Source of the DNA: Curvularia clavata
Lineage: Eukaryota
DNA: 64,000 nucleotides
Direction of reading: 5' to 3'
NCBI GenBank assembly: GCA_023920165.1
Contig: CP089281.1
Coordinates: forward strand, 930,001-994,000
Positions 62,739-64,000 of this stretch are shown piece by piece. The number at the start of each line of letters is the position of its first letter. Position 1 is the first letter of the stretch. The notes under the pieces were generated by a model. That model was not told the DNA's origin, ran no database searches, and saw only the letters and a list, made by a program, of their open reading frames with translations. The translations under genes were made by a program, and so were the position numbers.

Positions 62739-63251
62739 ATGTCGACAACGGAACCCCAGTCCTACACCCCTGACATCCCCTCGGAGCCTGTCGTCAAGAC
62801 CACAGATAACATCCATGTAGAGCTCACTCCACACGAATTGGACTCGCTCTCCGCTACACGCTTCGTTCGATCTCCATCTGCAGGTGCGACTGTACTCTTC
62901 ATAGGCACAACGCGCGATTCCTTTAACGATCAGCCTGTGTCTTCGTTGTCCTACACATCATACGCGCCCCTGGCAATATCAACCCTTTTCAAGATTGCTA
63001 CTTCCATACTTGCTAAGCACTCTTGTACCAAGATTGCTATTATCCATAAACTAGGCGAATGCCCGATCGGTGAGGAGAGTATTGTAATTGCTGTCTCAGC
63101 ACCACACAGACAAGCGGCTTGGAGGGCAGGCGAAGAGGCGCTTGAAGAGACCAAGGACAAGGCAGAGATATGGAAGCTGGAGAGATTTGAGGGAGGAGAA
63201 GGAGTTTGGAGAGCAAATCGAGATGGCCAGAAAGGAGTAAAAGTGGGCTAA
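62739..63251 (+). CDS. cnxH: Molybdopterin synthase catalytic (large) subunit, MoaE/MOCS2B
   Basis: VRSPSAGATVLFIGTTRD, LSYTSYAPLA, IHKLGECPIGEESIVIAVSAPHRQAAW, KDKAEIWKLE. Confidence 0.94.
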   Translation: MSTTEPQSYTPDIPSEPVVKTTDNIHVELTPHELDSLSATRFVRSPSAGATVLFIGTTRDSFNDQPVSSLSYTSYAPLAISTLFKIATSILAKHSCTKIAIIHKLGECPIGEESIVIAVSAPHRQAAWRAGEEALEETKDKAEIWKLERFEGGEGVWRANRDGQKGVKVG

Positions 63252-63540
63252 GATGGTTGTATTCGTACTATTTGCAGACAAGAAGACTTCTCTAGATGTA
63301 CAGTACAAGCTTTCATTATAGAAGAGTCTTCGCATGTAAGAAATGTTTGCGAAACCTGTGAAATGAGAATCACACTTGTATACAACCCAACCCTAAATGG
63401 CACAGTTCCCCTCCCCGGCGTTACCGGAGATAACCGACATTCCGTCATAGCCCTATCGGACCACCAACATTGCGATTGTGACGCGGCGCCTTCACGAATC
63501 ATGATGCCCTAAGATCGAGCAACGCCAAACCTACGTGATC

Positions 63541-64000
63541 ATGGGTCAAGGAGAATCTCATGAGCCGCACCAGCTCACACTGGGTATGTATCCGCAGAAC
63601 CCCAGCCCTTTAGTTCAGTTCACATTTGGGACGTTGCAGCCTAACACCAGCCAGAGCAGCTATCACATATGATCGCCGAGCGATTCGCCCAAAAAAGCTT
63701 CACGCCCCTCGAACTCTACTGCTTCAACTCTGTATTTCGCTCGCTGGCCGACATTCAATCCGGGGTACATTACTGGAGCGAGACCACACTATGCCGCTTC
63801 CTAGAGCTTCCCGACGCGCTAGGCGTGGGCTCGGTCATCTTCCAAATGGCAAGTTATCTTGGAGCGTTCCCGCTGCCGAGCCAAGCTCCAGCCATTTTGA
63901 CGCACGATGCGCTACTCAAGGTTGTGACGATATTGACAGAGCGGTATGGAACCGTGGTGAAGAAGAGGGGAAAGGAAATTTGGCTGAGGGAGATATATCG
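63541..64000 (+). CDS. RTC5: Restriction of telomere capping protein 5 (TLDc family), 5' part only
   Basis: MGQGES (myristoylation-like) exon, intron 63584-63654, then [25 protein letters not shown]...[15 protein letters not shown]...[11 protein letters not shown]...APAILT...VTILTERY; runs off the window. Confidence 0.85.

Overview
Eukaryotic DNA from a filamentous ascomycete (short GT-AG introns with CTAAC/CTGAC branch sites; gene content suggests Dothideomycetes/Pleosporales, an inference). The window is gene-dense and mostly housekeeping: CWC22 (truncated at the left edge), DPM2, a DCAF8/Iqw1-like WD40 protein, a GPI-anchored GH18 chitinase, a DHA1 MFS transporter, Spc7/KNL1, mitochondrial AspRS, COX10, a GH93-like arabinanase, an alpha/beta hydrolase, a PAP2 phosphatase, MPDU1, ERG4, a cytochrome-b5/acyl-CoA dehydrogenase, two tandem MARVEL-like genes, a SAM methyltransferase, NVJ2-like, the molybdopterin synthase catalytic subunit and RTC5 (truncated at the right edge). 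The ORF track misses or fragments several things: three decayed genes (carboxylesterase, M28 glutamate carboxypeptidase, protein kinase), two microproteins (57 aa and a spliced 38-aa zinc ribbon), a candidate ~255-nt structured box C/D-like RNA, a 403-nt intron with competing hairpins, and a GC-AG intron. I see no transposon, tRNA, rRNA, secondary-metabolite cluster or clearly novel multi-gene system. All family calls are from motif recognition by eye; no searches were run.
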